A DNA stretch of 64,000 nucleotides from Clostridia bacterium (GTDB lineage Bacteria; Bacillota; Clostridia; Oscillospirales; CAG-272). The first letter of the stretch is position 1; every line of letters begins with the position of its first letter. The stretch lies in the NCBI GenBank assembly GCA_017454525.1, contig JAFTCT010000081.1:3036-67035 (forward strand), in the 5' to 3' direction. This document shows positions 45,557 to 53,598 of the stretch, piece after piece. The position numbers and the translations under genes were made by a program. The notes under the pieces are model-generated. The model was not told the DNA's origin, made no database searches, and saw nothing but the letters and a program-made list of their open reading frames with translations.

Positions 45557-45623
45557 ATACCCGGAAAAATGAGAAATGAGAAGTGAAAACAAATACCGGG
45601 TTCCGGTAAAGGATGTGTGAGTA

Positions 45624-47390
45624 ATGGAAGTCGTACACATTTTGCATCTGCTCTGCGGCATCGCCTTCTTCTTGTTCGGTATGTCGGTGATGAGCACGGG
45701 ATTAAAAAGAGTAGCCGGCGCGAAAGCGGAAACCTATCTGTGGAAACTGTCCTCCACGCCGGTCAAAGGATTTCTTTTGGGAACGCTGGTCGCCGCGCTG
45801 ATCCAGTCGTCCAGCGCCACGAGCGTCATGACCGTCAGTTTCATCAACGCCGGCATGATGAAGCTCTCTCAGGCGATCACGATCGTACTCGGCTCCAACG
45901 TCGGTACGACGATGACCGGGTGGCTGCTCAGCCTGTCGGGCGCGGGAAGCGCGGACGAGAGTCTTTTCTCGTCATTCTTCAGCAGTTCCGCCCTCGTTGC
46001 GTATTTCGCCGTGATCGGCGCGGTGATGTATATCTTCTGCCGCAAGAAGCAGACGAAGAACGTCGGCATGATCTTTTTGGGTCTGGGCACGCTCCTGCTG
46101 TCCATGACGCTCATCAAGGACGCCGTGGAGCCGCTGCAGGAGAGCGCGGCCTTCGCCGAGATGCTCAAACTGCTTTCCAATCCTTTTATCGGCGTGCTCG
46201 TCGGACTTGTATCCGCCGCGATCCTTCAGTCTTCGTCCGCTGCCGTCGGTATCCTGCAGGCGCTGTGCGTGACAGGGCTTCCGCTTTCGGTCTGCCTGCC
46301 GGTGATCCTCGGCATCAACGTCGGCGCCAGCACGCCGGTCTTGCTGTCGATGCTGAACAGCGAAAAAAACGGCAAGAGAACGGCGATCAGTTATCTGATC
46401 TCGAACGTGCTCGCCATCCCGATCGTCTGCGCGGTCTATATCCCGCTGCGGATGCTCACGGGGCTGTCCTTCATGGATGCAAACGCGACCGTTCTGACGA
46501 TCGCGCTGCTCAATACCGTTATCCGCCTGACCTCTGCGCCCTTCCTGCTCTGGGGACACAAACTCATCATGAAGCTTTCGCTTCTGATCATTCCCGAAAC
46601 AGCGGAGGAGAAAGAGGATACCGAGGAGATCGACGGACTGAACGACGCGCTGCTCAACTATACGCCGGCGGCGCTTGAAAAGGCAAATTCCGCTTCGGTC
46701 AAAATGTTTGAGATCGCCAAGAAAAATCTGCTGCGCGCGATCTCCATCGTTTATGAATTCAACCGCGACCGTTTTCAGAAGGTCGACGCCAAGGAGGCGC
46801 TGGTCGATAAATACGAGGACAAGCTCAACAACTTCGTCGTCAAGATCAGCAAAAACGAACTGACGGTCAGAGAGCAGGCGGTGGTTTCAGAACTGCTCAA
46901 CGCGATCGGCGACTTTGAGCGTCTCAGCGACCACGCGGTCAATATCTCCGAGGTGGCGCTCGAGATCTACGAGAAGAAGATCGTCTTCTCCGAGCAGGCG
47001 CTGAACGAGATCAAACTGTTAACGGGCGCGATCACCGAGATCCTGATGCTCGCCGAGCGCTGCTTCAGGAACAACGACGCGGAGGCGCTGCAGCGCATCG
47101 AACCGCTTGAGGAAGTGGTCGATACGATGTGCAAGATGATGAAAGCGGCGCATATCGAACGGCTGCAGAAGGGCGAATGCACGATCCTTACGGGCTTCGT
47201 CTTCAGCGATCTGATCACCAACCTCGAACGTGTGGCGGACCACTGCTCCAACATCGCCTTCTGCGTGCGTCACCGCAGCAACATCAACACCGAGGATCAC
47301 AGACTTGCGGAAGCGGTCGTGAATACCGAGGAATTCAAGCGGTTCTTCAACGAGTACAGCGTGAAATACCTGTCCGCAAACGAGAATTGA
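45624..47390 (+). CDS. Na+/phosphate cotransporter family protein with C-terminal PhoU-like domain
   Basis: Duplicated Na/Pi motifs QSSSATSVMTVSF and QSSSAAVGILQAL. The cytoplasmic C-terminal helical repeats resemble PhoU. Confidence 0.85.
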   Translation: MEVVHILHLLCGIAFFLFGMSVMSTGLKRVAGAKAETYLWKLSSTPVKGFLLGTLVAALIQSSSATSVMTVSFINAGMMKLSQAITIVLGSNVGTTMTGWLLSLSGAGSADESLFSSFFSSSALVAYFAVIGAVMYIFCRKKQTKNVGMIFLGLGTLLLSMTLIKDAVEPLQESAAFAEMLKLLSNPFIGVLVGLVSAAILQSSSAAVGILQALCVTGLPLSVCLPVILGINVGASTPVLLSMLNSEKNGKRTAISYLISNVLAIPIVCAVYIPLRMLTGLSFMDANATVLTIALLNTVIRLTSAPFLLWGHKLIMKLSLLIIPETAEEKEDTEEIDGLNDALLNYTPAALEKANSASVKMFEIAKKNLLRAISIVYEFNRDRFQKVDAKEALVDKYEDKLNNFVVKISKNELTVREQAVVSELLNAIGDFERLSDHAVNISEVALEIYEKKIVFSEQALNEIKLLTGAITEILMLAERCFRNNDAEALQRIEPLEEVVDTMCKMMKAAHIERLQKGECTILTGFVFSDLITNLERVADHCSNIAFCVRHRSNINTEDHRLAEAVVNTEEFKRFFNEYSVKYLSANEN

Positions 47391-47400
47391 CCGTTTCTGA

Positions 47401-47467
47401 ATACAGAAGGCGGCGTTCCGTTTTGTGCATTCGCACAGAACGGAACGCCGCCTTCTGTATTTTTCGG
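47401..47467 (+). terminator. Rho-independent terminator (long perfect hairpin)
   Basis: 22-bp arms atacagaaggcggcgttccgtt / aacggaacgccgccttctgtat followed by TTTT. Confidence 0.85.
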
Positions 47468-47527
47468 CTTGCGCCCCGGTTTTCCGGGCCATCTGACGAT
47501 AAGTGCGCGCCGGTTTATGACGCGGGA

Positions 47528-48289
47528 TCAGTTGAAGAACATACCGCAGTACGGCGCGCCGCCGGCGCCGACAGCGTTCGCGCGAACGTTCATTTCATAC
47601 TGTATCGCGGAAAGGGAAGCGCGGCAGGCGTTTCCGTAGTTCGTCAGTTGAGAGATCGCGTCGGCGATATTCTGCGCGCGGCCGTTAAAGATCGTCATAT
47701 AGATCGCCTTCAGATTGTCGGGGTGCGTGTACTCATAGGGGACCGGACAGTTCTGGCAGGCGCGGTAGTGCCGCCAGAATTCGAGCAGAAGGTCGTCGCA
47801 GGTCTGATAGGCGTTCAGACGCTTCCGATCATAGGACGAGGAGTACGCCGTGTAGCCGATGATCATCCCGATCCCCGGAAATGTGAAGAACAGACCGTAA
47901 ATAAATGAGATGATGAAAAACGCCATGAAGGAGACCGTGTTGGGGGACGAGAAGAGCAGGACTGCCAGAAACAGCGAGAGAAGCGCGCCGACGCTCGTCA
48001 GAATGACGCCCCAGATCAGAAGCGCGTGCCGCTTGCCGCGGGAAGAACGCATGATCCTGTCGTTTGCCCGATCGTACGCGTGATACGCCGCTTCCTTCTG
48101 ACCGAAATAGGCGATCGCGCCGGAAAGCCGCCGGAGTTCCTCTTCCTTTGCGGAAAGAGAAGGCGCCGAAGCGGCGTTTTGCCCGTATGCGCCGGCGTTT
48201 GACGGTGCCGCGGCGAGCGGCGCGCCGCAGGACGGGCAGAATTTTGCACCGGCGTCGTATGCGGCGCCGCAGTTACTGCAAAACGGCAT
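47528..48289 (-). CDS. Zinc-ribbon membrane protein
   Basis: N-terminal CSNCG...CPSCG zinc ribbon, a low-complexity linker, two or three TM helices and a Cys-containing C-terminal domain. Confidence 0.6.
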   Translation of the reverse strand: MPFCSNCGAAYDAGAKFCPSCGAPLAAAPSNAGAYGQNAASAPSLSAKEEELRRLSGAIAYFGQKEAAYHAYDRANDRIMRSSRGKRHALLIWGVILTSVGALLSLFLAVLLFSSPNTVSFMAFFIISFIYGLFFTFPGIGMIIGYTAYSSSYDRKRLNAYQTCDDLLLEFWRHYRACQNCPVPYEYTHPDNLKAIYMTIFNGRAQNIADAISQLTNYGNACRASLSAIQYEMNVRANAVGAGGAPYCGMFFN

Positions 48290-49295
48290 TGTCGTTACCT
48301 CCCGGTTCAGGTTTTTTGGGGGGGTTCCATATTGCAGCGAGGGCCGTACAGACGAGAAGGACCAGCGTGACGCAAAGACCGCCCTCCATACCGAATTCTC
48401 CGCCGTTCAGGAAAACTTTTTCTGTCATTTCCGCATGAAAAACCGAATTGCCTGCCCACATCCCGCTGACGGTGATGCCGAACAGATTTCCCTGTGCAAA
48501 GTTCCACGCTGAATGGATCGCGGCTGCAGCCCAGAGATTTCCCGTTTTGAAGACGACGATGGAAGAGAACACGCCGTATAAGACCAGATTGAACAGTGCC
48601 GGCAGGGACACGCCGGGATTGAACAGGTGCAGGAACGCAAAGAAAACGGAATTGACCAGCACCGCGGTAAGACGATTGTTGCGGCGCGCTATGGCGGTCA
48701 TTAAGAACCCTCTGCAAAGGATCTCTTCCGCCATACCCTGGACGAAATAGCCAAGGAAAAACAAAACGATCAGAAGCCACGATTTGAGGTCGGGGAGCAC
48801 GGGCGTTTCGAAACGCAGTCCGCCGGTCAGTACGCAGAGAAGAACTGCCGAGCCGAAGATCGCCGTTCCCGCGATAAGACCGATCAGATACTGTTTTACA
48901 GCGCCTTTTTTGTACAGTCCCAAACTCTGCGGCGTTCCTTTTTCGATTTTTACGCGGAAGACGTAAACCGCCAGCGTGATGGTGAAAAAGAGGAACAGCA
49001 TCAGGAGCATGATCCACGAGGGCATATTTTTCATGAGTGAAATGACTTCGTTCATGACCTTCGAAATGCCCGACAAGCCCTCGCTGACGTATGCGGAGAC
49101 GCGTTCCATATCGATCGTTTTGAGCATATAGACCGTTTGAACGGGCGTCAGGATCAGCGACTGGACCGTGGTTGCGATCGCCAATAAGAGCAGCGCGATC
49201 AGAACGTTCAGGATCCAGATCCTGTTTTTATACGGCGGTTCGTTCAAAAATGCGGGACGTCCAAAGATTCTGTCCCATAACGCTTCTTTTTTCAT
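48273..49295 (-). CDS. CPBP-family intramembrane glutamic endopeptidase (CAAX protease / Abi)
   Basis: Motifs EEILCRGF (EExxxR) and FFAFLHL (FxxxH) plus a later H in AAIHSAWN. Polytopic. The 3' end overlaps the next gene by 17 nt. Confidence 0.8.
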   Translation of the reverse strand: MKKEALWDRIFGRPAFLNEPPYKNRIWILNVLIALLLLAIATTVQSLILTPVQTVYMLKTIDMERVSAYVSEGLSGISKVMNEVISLMKNMPSWIMLLMLFLFFTITLAVYVFRVKIEKGTPQSLGLYKKGAVKQYLIGLIAGTAIFGSAVLLCVLTGGLRFETPVLPDLKSWLLIVLFFLGYFVQGMAEEILCRGFLMTAIARRNNRLTAVLVNSVFFAFLHLFNPGVSLPALFNLVLYGVFSSIVVFKTGNLWAAAAIHSAWNFAQGNLFGITVSGMWAGNSVFHAEMTEKVFLNGGEFGMEGGLCVTLVLLVCTALAAIWNPPKKPEPGGNDNAVLQ

Positions 49296-49388
49296 GCTCT
49301 ATTTCCTTTCAATTCAAACTACACGCGCACAGCGCACTTCACGACGCGAAGCATCTCTTCACGTTCCGCGTCAGCGGAACATTTAGTT

Positions 49389-49412
49389 GAAAAAAGCACG
49401 CTTTCGCGTGCT
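49389..49412 (-). terminator. Rho-independent terminator after tRNA-Trp
   Basis: Stem agcacgc / gcgtgct followed on the - strand by TTTTTT. Confidence 0.8.
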
Positions 49413-49418
49413 ATTTTC

Positions 49419-49494
49419 TGGCAGGGGAGCAAAGACTCGAACTCTGGACACGCGGTTTTGGAGACCGCTGCTCTACCAACTGAGCTACACCCCT
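49419..49494 (-). tRNA. trnW: tRNA-Trp (anticodon CCA), CCA-3' encoded
   Basis: The reverse complement folds as a cloverleaf: AGGGGTG-TA-GCTC-AGTTGGTA-GAGC-A-GCGGT-CTCCAAA-ACCGC-GTGTC-CAGAG-TTCGAGT-CTTTG-CTCCCCT-G-CCA. There is one U6-U67 mismatch in the acceptor stem. Confidence 0.9.
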
Positions 49495-49523
49495 GTATCC
49501 GGGCGTCTTTTCGACGCCCCTGC

Positions 49524-49552
49524 ATTATAGCACAGTTTTTTTGAAAATGCAA
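49524..49552 (-). promoter_or_regulatory. Sigma-A type promoter with extended -10 (TTGCAT-17-TGcTATAAT) for tRNA-Trp
   Basis: Reverse complement: -35 at 49547-49552, -10 at 49524-49529. Confidence 0.65.
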
Positions 49553-49628
49553 TAGTTTTTTGAAAAAAATCAAAATGTGAAGGATCTGCGCGGACAGGCG
49601 CCGCGATCGGGTCAAAATAAAGGCGGCT

Positions 49629-50252
49629 TTACGCGGGAATACTGCCGTTGACCAGATAATTGAGTATCTCCGTCACCTGCCTGATGCTGAGAAATCCGTA
49701 CTTTGAGAGCATACGCGCGATGCCGACGCTGTCTTCGTGCGTCGAGGAACCGGAAAGGTAGTCCAAGAGCGCCGTGACGTCTTCGATGTTCACCACGCGG
49801 TCGTTGTTGACGGCGTAATTCTTATAGTGCTTTCTGTATACCGGCACGTAAACGGCGTCGTGACCGTTGATCGGCGCGAAGGGCTCCTGAACAAAGGTAT
49901 CGCCGGGCGACAGCGCCGGTTTGCTGTCGAAATAATCGTTGATGACGCCAACACCCGAGATCTGCCGCCATCCGAGCGGCTGATAATAGTAGTCGTCGAT
50001 CTCGTAATCGGGGATCTCCGTCGGCGGCGTCGGGACCTTGCCGTCAGCGTAGTATTCCGCCACGTAATTGATAATGCCTTTTCTCGGCTCCGAACGCTCG
50101 GGGCGGAGAAGCCACGTCACACAGTAGGTCGGTTCGATCCCGCCGTTGTCGGCGCGCGCGGGAACGCCGGGAGATGAAATACCGCGGGAAAGAAGGCAGA
50201 GGACCGGGAGCATCATCATAACCGCCAGCAAAAGGGAAAGCGTTCTTTTCAT
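49629..50252 (-). CDS. Small secreted protein with degenerate C-terminal dockerin-like module
   Basis: Signal peptide MKRTLSLLLAVMMMLPVLCLL. The C-terminus has NNDRVVNIEDVTALLDYL plus a second degenerate helix, SIRQVTEILNYLVNG. Confidence 0.6.
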   Translation of the reverse strand: MKRTLSLLLAVMMMLPVLCLLSRGISSPGVPARADNGGIEPTYCVTWLLRPERSEPRKGIINYVAEYYADGKVPTPPTEIPDYEIDDYYYQPLGWRQISGVGVINDYFDSKPALSPGDTFVQEPFAPINGHDAVYVPVYRKHYKNYAVNNDRVVNIEDVTALLDYLSGSSTHEDSVGIARMLSKYGFLSIRQVTEILNYLVNGSIPA

Positions 50253-50283
50253 ACGTTTGATCCTTTCAAGTAGTTTTCCGTGA

Positions 50284-50988
50284 TCATCCGATTTCCGCGC
50301 GTACAGGCAGATGGTCGGAAACGATCATGTCGGGGACGGAGACGTTCTTCACGTAAAGTACGTCAGAACAGAAGATGTAATCGATCTTGATCCTCGGTTT
50401 ATCGGAGGGATAGGTCGGCGCGTCCCCGCCATTTTTTGCCGCCGTATCGTAAAGACGCGCGCGGATCGGTGCGAGGACCGGATCGTCGGGCTCGACGTTG
50501 AAGTCGCCCGTCAGTATCACGGGAGAGGCGGCTTCGTCGATCAGCCGGCAGACCGTTTTCGCGCATTCTGCCTGTTCCTCCGGCTGAAGACCGAAGTGGA
50601 TGCCGATCACCGTATACCGCTTTCCGCCCGCGTCGATCTCGGCGCAGAAGGCGCAGCGGTCTTCAAAGTAGCCGGGATGATTGCGCGGTACGGTCGGCAC
50701 CGGCACGGTTTTTGCAGATACGATCGGATATTTTGACAGAAACGCGTTGCCGTAGGGACCGTGACCCTCGATGTCGATCGCGGGCGCGAAATACGCGTGA
50801 TACCCGAGTTTCCGGGCGAGCGTGCCGACCTGATCGGTAAACGACGCGCCCGGTCCCTCTCCGTACACCTCGTTCAGGCAGACGACCTCGCCGCCGAGCA
50901 GCGCGATCGCGTCGGAAAGGGCGTCAAGATCGATCTTTCCGGAGAGAAAGTTCCGCGCGTGCTGAATGTTGAACTGCAGTACGATCAT
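50284..50988 (-). CDS. Endonuclease/exonuclease/phosphatase (EEP) family protein
   Basis: N-terminal LNEV... and C-terminal SDHLPV catalytic motifs, with GDFN in between. Confidence 0.8.
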   Translation of the reverse strand: MIVLQFNIQHARNFLSGKIDLDALSDAIALLGGEVVCLNEVYGEGPGASFTDQVGTLARKLGYHAYFAPAIDIEGHGPYGNAFLSKYPIVSAKTVPVPTVPRNHPGYFEDRCAFCAEIDAGGKRYTVIGIHFGLQPEEQAECAKTVCRLIDEAASPVILTGDFNVEPDDPVLAPIRARLYDTAAKNGGDAPTYPSDKPRIKIDYIFCSDVLYVKNVSVPDMIVSDHLPVRAEIG

Positions 50989-51000
50989 CGCGCGCCTCGC

Positions 51001-52380
51001 TCAGTGCAGTCTGACAAGGGACGCAGCGGCGATGCTCTGACCGACCCTGCGCGCCATTTCGTCGGGAAGCTCGACGCCGATCTGAAGGGAAGGGTAGTCG
51101 CTCTCGAGCGTCTTCCTGCAGGTCTCCACCAGAAGATCTCCTCCCTTGCCGGAAGATACTCTTCCGAGCAGCAGAAGATGCGCGACGTCATAGAAGTGCG
51201 CGTAGGTGCCGATCGCGTGTCCGAGGTACGCGCCGATCGAGGCGAAGATCTCGAGCGCTTTCCCGTCGCCCCCGTTTGCCATTTTCTGTACCTCTTTGAG
51301 TTTCTGCGCGGGGGTGAGCGCTTCATCGAGCGTAATGCCGACGCGCGGCGCCAGACGGATCACGGCGTCCTGCGAAAGATAATCGCTGCCTACGCCGATA
51401 TCGCCCGACCAGGAGTTGACCGGCGCATCGGGGTTCATGTCGATCGGCGCGAAAGCGAGTTCGTTGAGCATTCCGGTGATGTTGCCCGAGGCGTCGACGT
51501 AGCCGACCGCTTCGGAGGTGCCCATGGCGAGACCCATGACGCGGTTGTCCTTGAGGTCCATGGCGCCGGCGAGCGCGGAGACGTCGCCGTCGTTGGCGAC
51601 TTCAAAGGGAATGTCCCTGCCGACTTCACGGCAGGCGTTTTTGTAAATATCCTTGATCTTCTTTTCGAAATCGTCGGGCGCGACCGCAAGGAACAGAGAG
51701 GCGAGCATCGTGCGGTTGTTGACGTAGATGCCGGCGGAAGAGATGCCGATCGCGTCGACGCGCGGCATTTTTGCGGCGGCTTTTTTCATAGCCATGACGA
51801 TATTGGAAAGATGATAGTCGGGATCGCTGTTGACCTTCGGCAGCCAGACGATCTCCTCGGAATAAATGACTTTGCCGTCGACCACGGCGGAGACCTTCAT
51901 ATCCGATCCGCCGGCGTCAAAGCCGATGCGGCAGCCGTCGGTATGTCCGCCCACCGATTTCGGAGAGGATTTCGGCTCGGGCTTCTGACCGTACGGGACG
52001 TTCGTGATCTCAAACTCGTTTTCGTAGACGTCGGACATCGTCTTGACGTCAAAATTCTGTCTGCCGCCGCGCGTATAGAGTTCTTTCAGCCGCTTATACA
52101 CCTCCGCGTTCCCGCAGATCTTTACGCGGTAACCGCCGCACGCCCAGAGCATGAATTTCAGTACGCGCTCCGCATACCGGCAGTTGTCTTCAAAATACTT
52201 GCCGTCTGCGATGATCCTGGTATCGTATACGCTGACGTTTCCGTTCTCGCGATAGACCGCAATGGCGAAGGGTTCGGTCGCCTTCTTTTCGAAAGCGTCC
52301 ATATACAGTCCCATCGGGACGAATTCCTTTTCAAGAACGGGGGAGGATTTGACTTTTACAGAGATGTTTCCGACTTTCAT
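51001..52380 (-). CDS. ASKHA-superfamily sugar kinase-like protein (ROK-like) with N-terminal extension
   Basis: Phosphate-1 motif GFDAGGSDMK, ANDGDVSALAG and GLAMGTSEAVGY. The ROK CxCGxxGC zinc motif is absent. Confidence 0.65.
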   Translation of the reverse strand: MKVGNISVKVKSSPVLEKEFVPMGLYMDAFEKKATEPFAIAVYRENGNVSVYDTRIIADGKYFEDNCRYAERVLKFMLWACGGYRVKICGNAEVYKRLKELYTRGGRQNFDVKTMSDVYENEFEITNVPYGQKPEPKSSPKSVGGHTDGCRIGFDAGGSDMKVSAVVDGKVIYSEEIVWLPKVNSDPDYHLSNIVMAMKKAAAKMPRVDAIGISSAGIYVNNRTMLASLFLAVAPDDFEKKIKDIYKNACREVGRDIPFEVANDGDVSALAGAMDLKDNRVMGLAMGTSEAVGYVDASGNITGMLNELAFAPIDMNPDAPVNSWSGDIGVGSDYLSQDAVIRLAPRVGITLDEALTPAQKLKEVQKMANGGDGKALEIFASIGAYLGHAIGTYAHFYDVAHLLLLGRVSSGKGGDLLVETCRKTLESDYPSLQIGVELPDEMARRVGQSIAAASLVRLH

Positions 52381-52426
52381 CTGAATGCGCTTCCTTTCCT
52401 TGACTATTTTTGTCTTTCTTCTTTAT

Positions 52427-52455
52427 ATTATAAACGAAACGCGCCGGTTTTTCAA
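52427..52455 (-). promoter_or_regulatory. Sigma-A type promoter (TTGAAA-17-TATAAT)
   Basis: Reverse complement: -35 at 52450-52455, -10 at 52427-52432. Confidence 0.65.
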
Positions 52456-52474
52456 GAGTTTTTTTGAAAAAGCC

Positions 52475-52517
52475 AAAAAAGGGGGCTGTATCATTTGCCT
52501 GCAAATGAGCAGTCCCC
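52475..52517 (-). terminator. Rho-independent terminator-like hairpin (- strand)
   Basis: Stem ggggctg..tcatttgc / gcaaatga..cagtcccc followed on the - strand by TTTTTT (complement of 52475-52480). Confidence 0.65.
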
Positions 52518-52642
52518 GCAAAACGGATGGTCGGGATCCCGTCCGTTTTGCGCGACTTTTGCGGTTTTGTCCGGACAGGCGAACGCTTATTGTCTGACAA
52601 TATGACAAAACCGAGGCGTGAGCCGAGGAGCAAAACGTCGAG

Positions 52643-52695
52643 GGGGGTGTTTCATTTGGCCCAAATCCCCCAAATGAAACACCCCCTTTGTTTTA
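52643..52695. terminator. Hairpin immediately downstream of degV (T-run on + side, weaker on - side)
   Basis: gggggtgtttcatttgg...ccaaatgaaacaccccc. On the + strand it is followed by TTTGTTTT. Confidence 0.55.
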
Positions 52696-53565
52696 TCAGC
52701 GGTGTTTCGCGTGGAAAACGATCCCCACGCCGTTGGGACCGCAGTGGCTGCCGATCGTCGGATTGACGACGGTGAATTCGATCGCGATATCCCTGCCGAA
52801 TCTGTTTCTGATCTCCTCCGCGACCAGCTCCGCGTTCTCAAGACAGTCGCTGTGTCCGATGATGACGCGGTGATTTTTGACGTCGTCGCCGAGTTCTTCG
52901 ATATAACTCATGAGGCGCGCGACCGCCTTCGTTCTCCCTTTTTCCTTGCCGATGCTGGTCATTTTTCCGTCGTCGCCGACGTAGATGATCGGACGGATGC
53001 CCAGAAGCGTGCCCATCGTGCCGGCAAGTCCCGAAACGCGCCCGCTGTGCATGAAGAATTTCAGATCGTCCACGAAGAAGTAGAAGCCGATGTGATCGAC
53101 CTCGTCCTTTGCCGCCTGTACGATCTCGGGCGCGCTCTTGCCCGCTTTGTACAAGTCGCCGACGAAACGGACGATATAGAGACTGCCCGCCGAAATGCCC
53201 TTTGTGTCCACGGAATAGAATTCTCTTCCCGGATACTTGCTTTTCAGCATGGCGACCGCCTGATCCATCGCCTCGAAGGACGCGCTCATCGCTCTGGAGA
53301 AATGCACGTAGAGGATGTCGCTGCCGGCGGCGAAAATCGGCTCGAAGTAACTGATATACACGTCGCGGCTGACGGCGCTGGTATTGGGCAGCACGCCGGT
53401 GCGCAGGACGTTATAGAAAGCTTTTGCATCGAAGACGTCGAAGTCGATATAGGGGTAGGTCGTTTTTCCGTCGACGCTGTAGGGCATGCTGATGAGTTTA
53501 TAACCGTATTCTTTGGCGATCGCCGGGGTGACGTCGCAGTCGGTATCGGTGAACAGAACGAGCAT
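52696..53565 (-). CDS. DegV family fatty-acid-binding protein
   Basis: DegV layout: FTDTDCDV N-terminus, PNTSAVS, LKFFMHSGRVSG. Confidence 0.9.
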   Translation of the reverse strand: MLVLFTDTDCDVTPAIAKEYGYKLISMPYSVDGKTTYPYIDFDVFDAKAFYNVLRTGVLPNTSAVSRDVYISYFEPIFAAGSDILYVHFSRAMSASFEAMDQAVAMLKSKYPGREFYSVDTKGISAGSLYIVRFVGDLYKAGKSAPEIVQAAKDEVDHIGFYFFVDDLKFFMHSGRVSGLAGTMGTLLGIRPIIYVGDDGKMTSIGKEKGRTKAVARLMSYIEELGDDVKNHRVIIGHSDCLENAELVAEEIRNRFGRDIAIEFTVVNPTIGSHCGPNGVGIVFHAKHR

Positions 53566-53598
53566 GTTATTATCCTTTCTTTTTCGGCGTTGACGCCG

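Noticed and set aside
49319-49615. 98-aa ORF on the - strand covering the tRNA-Trp locus.
   Set aside because: It is fully explained by the tRNA gene with its promoter and terminator, and it shows no coding features.
49296-49628. tRNA-Trp as a possible integration site for a genomic island (flanked by CPBP/zinc-ribbon genes and a secreted dockerin protein).
   Set aside because: There is no integrase, excisionase or phage/ICE gene nearby, no obvious direct repeat of the tRNA 3' end, and no visible compositional break.
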